This document shows, piece after piece, positions 49,771-61,870 of a DNA stretch of 64,000 nt. A program made the translations under genes and the position numbers. Within the stretch, counting starts at the first letter, position 1. The number at the start of each line of letters is the position of its first letter. This DNA comes from Balanoglossus misakiensis (lineage: Eukaryota > Animalia > Hemichordata), in NCBI GenBank assembly GCA_040954595.2, contig CM082581.2:3340699-3404698 (forward strand). The letters are read 5' to 3'. The notes under the pieces are model-generated. The model did not search any database, was not told where the DNA came from, and saw only the letters and a program-made list of their open reading frames with translations.

Positions 49771-52700
49771 CCGTCATTTATGATTTTATTGGTAGATCTC
49801 TTAACGAGACCGTTTAAAGGCAGAACATGGTGAGTTATGGTATTGAACCCAGCCAGCTCTCAACCTTTTTCACGCGTTGTCACAGAGTTGACCCAATCAA
49901 TGGTTTGTCGTGGGTGACATATTAGCAACCAATTTGAAGTCATTGATCGTGTTGACAATGATTAATTAAACGTAAAAGAGTGACACCGATACTTCAGCGG
50001 CGGCGTTCGTCGCCATAGCAACGCAGTACGCTACCGGTATTGAAGAAGTTTGTTTGAGGTTATGATTTATGATTTGAACTGCGGATAAATTTATGGTTAC
50101 AACGATCTCAACTTTTTTACACGGTTTACATGCTTTGTATTTGTTATCTCCCCCATTTTGTATGGAGTTTCGAACGAAGAAAGAACTTTTAATCTTTTCT
50201 GACTTTCATCTTCTCGAAGAACTCGTTAATTTTGGTATGTTTTACTTGTACACAAAAGGCGCTTAATAAATAAACATGTATTGCACACAAAAGTTTGCAA
50301 TCAAAGAGGAAAGTCAAATGATTTGTACCTCTAAGTCAATAGACAATGTTGATTGGCTCCGGTATATACCTGTAGATATAATTGGGCGTAAATCAGTGTT
50401 TACAAGCGATCGCAGAGTAACAGAGGGACTATTGATTTGAGGTTCATCCAATTTATTCCGTGGGAATACATGAAAGTTGTGAAATGAGGGGAAAAAGCCG
50501 TAGCTAGAGTTCGTCTATGCTATAGTTGTTGACCCGACTCAGAGAGGGTATCAGCCACAGCATTATCAAAGCCGTCCTTGAAGAACGTTATCCGCACAAC
50601 TGTCAGCCACCTTGCAAGCCGCGTAACCATTTCAAATCAAGATGATCAGCGAAAAACCGTTAGAAACAATCTGACTGTGCTGTTCATCAGTGCCATTCTT
50701 TTGACAATTTCAAAAGACAAGCGGGAGGTCTTCCCAAAGACAATTTCAACCCCTGCCATTCCCAGCGCCTGTGTCAAATACAGACGTGGTACGCAAGTGT
50801 CACAATGCACTGACTATATATTCTTACGGCGGACACCGACCTCGATACGTTATAACTTTGTACAATTGGAGACATTTTGATGGTGTAGAAAATATACTGA
50901 TACGTGCAGGAAGCGAGTAATAATGTCTATAGCTGATGAGAAGTTGTGTGTGTTTGTGCTAGTCGAAACATCAGCGACGAGTCTCTACGGAAAGCAGAAT
51001 ACAAAATCTAACCTACTAAATGTAATGGTATTGATAAAAAACGACCTAGTTCTAATTTATTGCCGACTTTTCATCTCGTAAGGATCACTAAACTGAAGAT
51101 TTGCAACACCTCTCGCATATTCAATTGTGAATTCAATTTTAACTACACGTTTGAGATACACGGATTTGTTCCTGCAAATCTGAGTTTTACAGGGGACTAC
51201 ACGAGGTATACTAATATACGCTTCATGATTTTGTTTAAATTCACAATTAAGCCAGTACCGTGTGAAATGTATACCTGCATGTATTAAGATATGTATGTCG
51301 TCAGTTGGACAGAGCCGTGCCTATCACCGCCTATCTTATTTCTGGTTCACCTCATGAGTTTTCGGAAATACTACGCAAAGTTAAAATCATAGTTCAATTA
51401 TGAGAATACAGGACAACTACCACAACTTTCTTTGTTTTCAAACGCTTTGCGCGGATCGTGCAATGTCCTCAAAATATTATAATTAGATTTATTGAACAGT
51501 AAATAATAAACAACTGAAAACAAAGTCATAATTTGTTTTGATTTTTTTACTTTGTGTGTGTGACTGGCGTTGGGTACGCGCAATTTTCACGGCTTGGGTT
51601 ACTATAGCGTAAATGCTAATAATTATGTTATACTTTCGAAAAACAATGACTGGAAAATTTCCAACACGTTTTGGATTTTATCTGTGTTTTGTATGGAGAA
51701 AGTGGTTAATAATATAAACCATCAATCAAAATGGTTTGAGATCGTGATTTTGTTTTAGTATGGTACGAATGTAAATGTATTCCTTGAGAATATTTTCATG
51801 AATCATTTATAAGCAAGGCAACAGAAATGTAAAATATACCTGTGTCAGAGTCACGTCGCACTTCTTAATGTAAATTTGGAATCAAAAGTTTTTGCGCCCA
51901 TTATCACAAAGTTGTTAGGTGTTGAATCCAACGACAATTTCATCGAAAAGAAGCAACTTCATACAAAGCATGTTGTAAAACTTAATCATGCAATATATTA
52001 TTTTATTAATGGTTTTTGTCAATATTTTGTAGGAGCAAAATCTGAATATTCTGATTGCAAAATGTTGACTTGTCCACAGTGATCAACATTTCGTACATAT
52101 CTAGTGTCACGGTACAGGAAAACTGTTTCCCCAAAAGGGTACGTGAAACTGGATTTTATAACAAATTGTTTTTGTGTTTAATGACATATTTCAAAGGACG
52201 TAATGAAAAAAACGTAACATTTTCTGTGTGTTACAAAAAAGTTAAGCTACTGAGTGTTGTTATAATGAGCCCAAGCACAAACCAAATCATCGAAGATGGT
52301 GACTTTGCACACAGTTAATATGAATATCATATTTTTGTGTAAGTATAGTAATCTACTTTCAAATACAGTGCACCTGGGTTGGCCTATGTATACAATTGAT
52401 GGAATTTGCGGAACCGTTCGGGTCGAACGTGATCGACGTTGGTTTTGTCATGTTACCGATGTATAGCGACCATAGACTTTTATGTTTGTGGAGTAAAACT
52501 TCGATTGCCAACATTAATAGATTCGCCATTGAACTGTGAATGAAGACAATAAAGAATAGCCACCGAGATAGAGACGTGTGAAAGAAGATTTGGCAAGAAA
52601 ACGACAAAAATAAAACTACCGGTTCGATAATCAATTAATTCTCTCTAGGGGTCGAGTACGTGTAAGGGCGCCACGATGTTTGATTAAAGACTTGTTTTTT

Positions 52701-53925
52701 TATTAACAGTGTCTGGCCATTGGTACGATTTTTATGTCTATCGTAAACTTTATTTTTGAACAAAGACAATGTAATAAATCTTGAAAGTAAACTCTTAGTG
52801 GCTTGACAATGGCGAGGTTTACTGCATTGGCTGTTGAACACAGAGGCGTAACGCCGCCTATAGATTGAATGGAAGATTCCACTTCTCCACAATACAGACA
52901 GGCATGATCACATACCTTGTCCGTTAACAAAATATTTTTGTAAATGCCAAAATACATTAATCTTTATTGCATTAGTAAAATGATTAACCGGAGTCGCTAA
53001 TAAAACGTGGGTACATGTAGCTTTATGGGCAGCAGCGACTCAATATACTTGTGAATCTTTTACATGTCATTTTATGGGAAGTTTTATGATATTAACGGTC
53101 TGGCATCCTTAAGCCGCTTGCTGTCTGTTTAGGAGTACAGTAGCGTCATTCGGCATGCCTTTGCTATTTTAGCGTTTATTGAGGAATACTTCTTGCACGA
53201 TTGTTGTGCATTTTCAATCCATTCCATTCAAAGCCATGTATTTTCAATGCCAACTGGCATGCTTCAAGTTTCCATTCATAAATAGATATTGTTTTGATGC
53301 ATTTCTATTAAACTTTGTTTCCAATCACAATTTTCCGTACATCCACATTGTTTCCAGATGTCAAAACTTGTGTATCTCGTTAGACAGTGTGGCATTGTGT
53401 GGAAATAGTGATCGAAATTTTATCTCGAATATCAAGAAGCAGTTATGTTATTCATTAATTTAATAATTTAAAGAAGAGCAAATGTATTGGCATGGCGTTT
53501 TGAATCTAAATTATACAAAAGTCGTTCTAACTAATTTTTAAAACAAATCACACCAGCTTTGGTCAACCTGTCCTATCTTGAAATCCAGTCCAAGACCTGT
53601 ACTGTTATACTACAATTGGAAGGTAGGTCATGCATGTACTGACATGCGTCCACCTGGAGTGTGTTTCATTTGCTTTCTTTATTTTCAGTCATTTAAACAT
53701 CTGTTTCACATACGTTCTTACGTGCAGTAACAGCTAACGTGATGGACATGCATGTGAGCTAATATGTCGTACCAATATGTGTGTGTCAGTGTGTGTCATC
53801 CCCGATCACATCAGAATCAAATTTGACGGACAGATAGAGTTGTGGAATGACACAGAATTAATAAAGTTCGTTCATAAACGTGACTCGCATACTAATGACG
53901 TTATCAAAGATTTAATATTTTTCTG

Positions 53926-54064
53926 CAATACAATCTGATTAAAATCAGATGTAGAGTTAGGCGCCGTCTTTACTTTTGCTCATTCTTGTCTGATCTGTTC
54001 GGAGGCGGGCCCACGCGTATCACAAGCGCCTAACTCTACATCCGATTTTAATCAGATTGTATTG
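53926..54064. mobile_element. Small hairpin MITE with about 38-bp TIRs
   Basis: CAATACAATCTGATTAAAATC.GATGTAGAGTTAGGCGC mirrored at the right end. Confidence 0.75.
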
Positions 54065-54475
54065 GAATATACACGGAATTATTGTACGAAATTCTATAAA
54101 ACATACTACAGATAGAATTCTTGGAAGCTTATAATTGTATTATGGTGCCATATCAATTGCGTTAATTTGCATATTTAATTAACTTTTATAGTTAGAGATA
54201 TAAATTCTGACTACACTGCACCAAAATAAAACTTTGACATAGATATTGATCTGTCAACGTACAGTATTGGTACCTTCATGTTAATTTACATCGACATTTA
54301 CATATTTAATGAACGCGAGCAAATAGAAGTATAAATCCAGAATCACTGCACTGAGATACAGTTTACCACATAGACTACATTGAATAAAGTTACTTTGCAG
54401 TTTCTGATGAGCAATAAACTATAAATTTTCAAATTCAATAAACTTTCATGTGATTGATGACCTCGCGCATCAGCG

Positions 54476-54964
54476 CATGGAGCTTTCCCTCTTTCTTTGT
54501 AGTGTTTGTTTGTAGTGTGGTGGGTGTGTGTATGTTTGTTTGTTGTTATTTATGTAAAAATATTTGTTTGTTTGTTGTTGACAGTTTAGGGTTAGACAAT
54601 ATTCAACGGTTAGGATAAGGGTCAGGGTTCGGGTTTAGGATCCATTTGCTCCACAGTCTGTCTATATATAAGGAGTGATGCTGTGGAGAAAATGAACCCC
54701 AACCCTTACTCTTACACTAACCGTTGAATATACCCTAATGTAACCTGTTAAATATAACCTGTCAACAAACAAACAAATGTAACAAATTTGTAAACAAACA
54801 AACAAACTACGTAACTAACATATTTTTTTGTGTGTGAAAATACACACACACATACTACAAACTAGCCCGGAGACCAGGGCGTCGATTCTAGAAATCCATG
54901 GATTTCTAGAATCGACGCCCTGGTCTCCGGGCTAACTACAAACAAGAAGGACGAGCTCCCCGTG
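54476..54964. mobile_element. Old foldback element with degenerate TTAGGG-like and (TTTG)n arms; decayed 9-bp TSD (Mutator-like)
   Basis: Ends CATGGAGCT / AGCTCCCCGTG; flanks GCATCAGCG / CCATCAGTG; internal ATATTCAACGGTTAG / CTAACCGTTGAATAT. Confidence 0.55.
54863..54934. mobile_element. 72-bp perfect palindromic insertion, TAG...CTA ends, 9-bp TSD
   Basis: 36+36 bp with no spacer; ACTACAAAC duplicated exactly on both sides. Confidence 0.85.
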
Positions 54965-56679
54965 CCATCAGTGGTAAACAGAGGATTATATCTTTGTCAC
55001 GTGATATTGTCATGTGATAAAGTAAAGGTCACCAAACACATGGCAGTCCCAGGGTTCCATATATCAGTGGCAGGATAATGAACTTGTGAAATTGGTAGCA
55101 CTGTATTTCGGTGAAATCTGTTCCCATTTTCATTTGGTGTGGAGTGACCGAGGTTAGGTCCTTACCAATTGTACATTGTATCAATGTGTCTACAATCTGT
55201 CAAAATAGTTTTTACACACTGCGTCAGCCTTGGTTCTGAACTTGAACTAGCTTGAGCATGTTCCTGTAGCTCTGTTGGTGGTGTAAAAAAGTCATCAAAA
55301 GCCAAATAAGCCCATGAACAGACAAAAACTTCTACAATAACACCAGGTCAGGGTTTATAATGCATGTATGGACCTTCAGCTAATATGCCTGAACCAATTT
55401 TATCCATACTGGAACAAGAACTACACAATATGAACTTCAAAGTACAATATGACAATGCTGCAGTACAATAAGCCATTTCCGGGTTTGCAAATGCATGAAC
55501 ACTAAACAGTGGCCAATCTCTACATCCATGATCAGCGATCCTTGACTCTAAATACCAAACTTCCAAATGATCCTTGACTCTACAGTCGAGATCATGGCTG
55601 AAGTGTCAAGGATCATGAAATGTTTCTGTTTGTACACCAAAGATCAATTGAGGACACAAGGTGTAGGGTCTTTGTAAAGCTCCCCCTTTCTGACAGTGAA
55701 CAGGAGCCCATCAGAGAAACTATACTAATATCACATGACACTCACTGCTGTTAGCGTTTATCACAGAAAATTCTTGTCACATATCCTTGCACATCGCTCT
55801 CATAGTAGATGTGGAGATATGAACAGACAGATTCACAGAATAGCCACAGTTACAGAAACAGACAGACTGCAAGACAGGTCGAATGACAGCAACAATGATA
55901 GAAACAAAGACATGGGTATGCAAAAAAGAGGATTACAAGTTACAATATGTCATTATCCTATGAAGTGACTCAAGTGCGGTAAACAAGCTGCGGGGCAACT
56001 ATAGTTAATTTGGAAAACACTGAACAAAAGCTGTGCAGGTTCATTTGATTATGCTTCTTTTGCATACTGGGGGGGGGGGGGGGGCACTTCCCCCCTCCCC
56101 ACCTATTCTGACGTTGGGTAGGGGCAGCAAAGACATACTTCCCCCCCCTAACTTTAGGTGCTAAAATGCCAGACTGTTGGTTACACTTGCCCCCCCCCCC
56201 CCATGAATTGCTTCCTACAGCCTTGTTATGGAGCACCTGTAGTTAATTTATCTGTGCCCTTTATCACTCATTAATTGTCAGCCCGACACAGTGTGTGTCC
56301 AAAGACATGGCCTGTGCAATGAAAGCAGAAAGGTCTGCAACACAGTAGTATGTTTATAACATGATTTTGACAATTGAAAGATCACCATTAAGCTTCACTT
56401 GAGTTGTGTTGATCCACAATGTCAGGAATTTGAATCAAGGAAATGCTGTCTTCGATCTGGTTTGTCACCTACATTATTGAAATAATGATTACAGAGCTTT
56501 ATAGTTATACCAAAGGTCACACGGTCAAATTTTTTTCCCATGGTTCACTAAAACTAGCCATCTTCATCAAGTTGAAGGTTTTGCTAGTTGTGGGCGACTG
56601 AATTTCAGATGTGTGTTAAATAAATACAAAAAGCGGTTTAATTCTCACTTTGATAGTTCAGGGGAAAAATGATCCTTTC

Positions 56680-57045
56680 CTGTATTCTGTCTTTGTCACG
56701 GGAATAATGAATCTCACACTCCTATTAAAGGACTTGGGATCATATTTCTCACTCGAGTTGGGGATCTTTTGTTCCAGACTCATCCTTACTGTGTGAGATT
56801 ATATTTCTCACACAGACACAAATTAGCCAAATTTGTATTAGAATTATTAAATAATTGATCGTGTACAATTGTCGTCTGGCATGTTGTAGTGTAATACACA
56901 TTGCGCCATTGGATAACATTTAACACGCATTAAAAAAGGAACCGTGAACGATTTGTCATCCAATCAGTGCTCGCGTCATATACAGCTTTCGATTCTGTTC
57001 TCACACTCTGATCCCACACTCTCCGAATGCCAGGAGTGTGAGAAC
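56680..57045. mobile_element. Inverted copy of the 20090-20530 repeat
   Basis: Shared CATCCAATCAGTGCTCGCGTCA and CCAGGAGTGTGAGAA. Confidence 0.65.
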
Positions 57046-58429
57046 CCGATATGATTTACACTGCATATGTCTTGTATATCTACATGTGTATTTGGACTTT
57101 AAAATAAATTGTCTTTATCTATAGCTACTAATCGTGCAAGCTTAGACTCTTTTCTCTGTTGTTCTTAAGTTTTCCATTGTAGTTTGTTCAATATATCATT
57201 AACACTGGAACGGGAACAGTACCTATTACAGATATATCGAGCAGCACATCTTTGCACTTCTTTAAATTAATGATATCAGTCTGTATGTATAGATCCCATT
57301 CAGTGAGAGCGTATTGCAACATATTAAGTTATTGGTGGGTATACACATACAACCTTTGGCTGTGTGGTTAAATGTGTATAGATTAAGTTAAAATATAAAA
57401 GCGTGCTGCACACATTTATTCAGCTGCCTATTCTTTACTATCAATCACATGATCTGGCCATGTGACCAACGGCATTGTCATTTTCAGATGACGGGCAAGC
57501 AATATTTCGGCATCCAGCAAAAGTTTTTCCGAGTATGTTTTTACTTTAGAGCCGCCAAACACGTAACATGTATCAGGTATGGTGCCTCATCAGTCTCATT
57601 GCATTTCGTCTGCACAGTCTTTGTCTGCACCACGTTGTTGAAGTTGCCCGTCATCTGGAAATTTGAATGCGAACGTAACTGCTGCCTGAGTGCGTCTGAC
57701 GTCATTTGATATTGAAGAATTGCAAGAGTCTCCACAAAATTCAAAATGGTGTTATATGGAGACTAAAGATAAGGAAAAGATTTAAGTATTTTCATGTGCT
57801 AAAAAACTTACAGCTACTGGGGCTTCAAAGACATACATTTGAACCTCCTGGACCAGAAATGCAAGGCAGAGCCAGTGGAAACAAATACCTTTTGTCTGCA
57901 CCAAGTCATTGTTTATTAATGCTACATTAATCAGAAAGAAAAGATGACAAGCACCAGCATTTAAAATGTCCATTTTATGCACTCACACCCGCCACATTTC
58001 TTAAATGGGATTTCAACTTGGGCACAACCCTGCATATTCATGGCAGTTGTGTACTCACATCAGAAATAACATTTAATGCAGTGGATCATACTGTTGACAT
58101 CATGACATGGTAACGCACGAGCATATTTTGGTTAAAAAAACACTGCCCACAATCCTCATTAAAGGGGAAGTTCAGTCCACCTGATTTCTACATAATGTGC
58201 TAGGTTTTGAGGTCACTTTTTCAGGGAAAAAAGAACCATTTTTGCCAGGTACAACTCACGTGATTTTTTTTCTCATAAAAATGAGGGAAAATTGGCAGAA
58301 TTTCCAATATGGTTTTTACTGTATTTTGAATCATTATAAAAAGGCACCAGGCCAGTGAGCTGCAACTGGATAAAAAAACTTAAAGCTTCAAATAATTACG
58401 GACATGTTTTTAATTCTGTTAATATTAAA

Positions 58430-59000
58430 ATGATATTGCCTGATAGCACATCAAGATAGCGCTTATTTATGACAAAAATGGCCCCAACATCAAAGAAATG
58501 TGAGTACATTTTGGAGTACATCCACTTCCATGTGGATGAGATTATGCTTTGTTTATGAAGTTTCATAGTGGTAAATTTACGGTCTGTAAGGAACTTGCAA
58601 GACGTAATAAGTCTGTGTGGATTGTTACTTGTTATCAAGCCTCGTAGAGGAAGCGTGACCAAAACCAGTGACTTGTATCACATTCACAGGTGGTCATCAC
58701 CTCAAAGTGATTGATAGTAAATATCGCTTCTAAAAATAAGCTTCAATGACATAATTTAGGGTCAATCCGAATAATACCAACAGTGGCAGCTTTTGTCAAA
58801 GCCATTCCGGAATACCGGTCCCTCATTTAGTGCATTTCCAGTGACTGCCCAGCCAATTAAATTTCCACATAACTGCACACACAGGATACCACAGTTTTGG
58901 GCGACTGCTTCTGGTAAGGAAATGTCGTTATTTATAATTGATATATTTGTCAAATTAGTCAAAATGAAAGATAAGACTAATCAAAGTCTTCATCACTTGA
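58430..59000 (-). pseudogene. Possible decayed BEL/Pao retrotransposon gag-pol fragment
   Basis: Ordered weak motifs LPEAVAQN..GWAVTG, HFE..TT, VTLPLR...N, Y..FFD.GAI across frameshifts. Confidence 0.35.
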
Positions 59001-59584
59001 TGATTCGACTATATGAGAAATTACCAGTGCCACTTACTAAAATTACGAAAAATACATGAACATTTCTACTGCAGGGTAACTCTGTAAACATAAAAAGGTG
59101 CATAGGGTCAGCAATTAGAAGTTTAAATTACTTTTTCTTTATGTTAATAACACCCCCACCATTCAGACAACTTGGCACCAGTCAAGATGTGCATCAGCAG
59201 ACATGTCTCATAATGGTTAGCTCATAACTGCTCGGTGTCAGAGGGTAACATGAATGACCTGTGTGTAAAAATATCTTCAGAGAAAGTGCACATATTGCTA
59301 CAGACAGTTGTGGTCCATGGGGAACAACAGTTATGTCCTGGTAGTTCAAGGGAAGTTTTCTTCTGAATATAATTATGAGATAATTTGCACAGACCTTAAA
59401 TTCCGTGCTATAAAGCCACTACAAAAATTCTACTTGACATTAAGAGATTATCCGTCCACACGGATCAATTTATCTTTAATGACGCTCAATCTTTATGGGG
59501 ATGTTTACATCGTTGTTTCTGCAGCCTGGTGGAAGGTCAGTGGACTTGCGGGCAGCTGGCTTGTGAGGGCCTGGTCACATTTAA

Positions 59585-59930
59585 AGGGACAAAGTCTCTC
59601 TCTCGCTGCCCTCTTTCCATTAATTATGTTTGATACAAGACACTGTTTAATGTTATTCTACATGTGGATATATAGTGAATCAATGTTCAACCACACACAA
59701 CTTCCATCCCACTTGTATACACCAGAGTGAAAAACTCGCCAAAATGAATAATCGGTCTCTACCATTTATTCATTTTGGGCAAGATTCACTCTCATATCCT
59801 ACAAATAGGATGGAAGTTGTGTGTGGTCGATCGTTGATTCACCATATATCCACATATAGAATAACATAAACAGTGTCTTGTATCAAACATAATTAATGAA
59901 AAAAGGCAACGAGAGAGAGAGATTGTCCCT
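59585..59930. mobile_element. AGGGACAAAG foldback MITE, full length
   Basis: TTAA on both sides; near-palindromic along its length. Confidence 0.82.
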
Positions 59931-60741
59931 TTAACAGAACAAGCAAAATACAACTGCGACTGCAATGACATCACAGCACAAAAAACACACATAAAGATAT
60001 TATCAAAATACAATAATTGTTATGCTTTTATGAACTGAGACCAATACCACGTGCACATGCCCAGTGATCAGACAACCTGATCAGCCATCAGTGCCAGTGA
60101 AATGACCGTGCAACTACTTTGCATGAGACACAAAATATCAGGGGAAATTACGCCACCATGTTTGGCACCCTGTCAGCAGAAAATTTTGAGTTCTTATTAG
60201 AGAACAATACGTCACAGCAGATAGACAATCCTTGTGTTAATGCACATGCGCGACCATGATGCATTGCAAGACACTCTCACATTTTCAACTGTACTTGCTC
60301 TGTACTTGTTTGGTTATTGTTGTCACATAAAGTGATCGAACAAATGGTATCGCGTTCTTATTTACTTGTATTTAATTTACCCACTCCTTAGGCCAATTCA
60401 TTAACATTTTGTTTTGATATGTTCATTTGCAGTGGGCAGATATGCATACTGGTTGTACAACTTCTCTGTCTGTCTGAATGTGCGAATCTTGATACGTAAA
60501 TCACAGATGTATTCATTTCACGATTGTGCAAATGATCGGCTGGTCTGTTATGCGAAGCAAGGCCTAACCACTGGTTTATGTAGACTGATGTGGTTTGGGG
60601 CCTTTCATGCGGCTTGTTGATGTAACCATGACGATGGAACACTTTATTTTGGACTGAAGTACTCCATGTCATCCTGAGTATTCCTTCCAATTCTGTTGTA
60701 AGAATATTAAATCACAATTTCACCGTCACATTGGCTGATCA

Positions 60742-61128
60742 CAGTGTTCGAAATTCGTAGGAAATGTCAACCAGTCACCAGGACTGGCAACTTCAAAAAG
60801 TTGCCAGTCCTGCCAAAAACTTACCAGTCCTGATATTATACCTTACAATTAAATGTAATTAAATACAACTGAGAAGGTATTACCTCATCTTTGAATAATT
60901 GAAGATGGGATGGAATCATCTTTCAGTTTCTCTTTACATTACTTAGATCATTGTTTCTTTTATGTGCAATACATGAACTGGGGAAAGGCTAAAAGATACC
61001 ATGATACCACTGGTCAACTCTCACGCTAAAATCAACCTGTCTGTCGGACTGGTAACATTTTATTTTTACCAGTCCTACAGAAAAATAACCAGTCTCGGAC
61101 TGTCGGACAGGCTTTATTTCGTACACTG
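60742..61128. mobile_element. Non-autonomous TIR element with 7-bp TSD (P-element-like)
   Basis: CTGATCA|CAGTGTTCGAAAT...ATTTCGTACACTG|CTGATCA; subterminal CCAGTC/GACTGG repeats. Confidence 0.7.
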
Positions 61129-61785
61129 CTGATCACAAGTAAAACATATGCCGAGACAGCCTGTGGTGCTCATTCACTTCCAGACTTTATTGTCAAATTT
61201 CACCTTATTCTGAAAGCTAGGACAGCAAGTATGCAACATCCACATTTTCTGCTTTCAAGCAAATGTTTTAGAAGTTTCTTCACAAAAATTACTAAAGAAT
61301 AATCACCAGACAATGTGCATTTAAAATTTGTCTATTTATACCAGGATGACTATCCAGTCTTGTAATCAAATCACAGCGATTACCGTTTTGGTACTAAATG
61401 ATAATGAGTCACTTGTAAATGTATTTAAGATGCAGATAAGGTATTTACTTATGCGTGCAAATGACTTGTGTCACTTCCCATATCAATACAATGAAGTATA
61501 ACATTTGAAACTCTTCACTAAAACTGTGTGAGAAACAATTTAGATGCACTAAAGTGTCATTTCCTTGAAATGGGAATTTTAACGTCTTCAACTTAATTAT
61601 TGAAATTAAAAGTAAAAAAAATACACAACGACTTTTGCAGAAAATTATCCTATTTGATCAAATGATATCTTTTAAAAATTAAAGTTATTGTGTTTTTAGT
61701 CACTTTGATTAAATTGTAGAATTATTTCCATTTGATCAGATATGAATGTGATTTGCGTAAATGTGAAGTCTTCACTTGTGTTTAA

Positions 61786-61870
61786 CCCTTTCACCACCAT
61801 GGTTCAGTCCAAACCCATTGTTTTCTATGGAAAGGTTAGACATCTAAAGAGGGAACTGGGGGTGAAAGGG
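61786..61870. mobile_element. piggyBac-like mini-element (TTAA|CCCTTTCACC...GGTGAAAGGG|TTAA)
   Basis: TIR and TTAA intact; related fragments near 31315-31392, 31888-31940 and 62803-62847. Confidence 0.7.

Noticed and set aside
54586-54640. TTAGGG-like repeats suggesting an interstitial telomere
   Set aside because: Few and degenerate, and mirrored as part of a foldback element.
57478-57664. Apparent small AG/GT-bounded plus-strand exons
   Set aside because: They lie inside a short inverted repeat (CAGATGACGGGCAA) and give no coherent protein.
59308-59730. 140-aa ORF sharing a peptide with ORFs at 15676 and 15901
   Set aside because: The shared peptide is read-through into copies of the same MITE.
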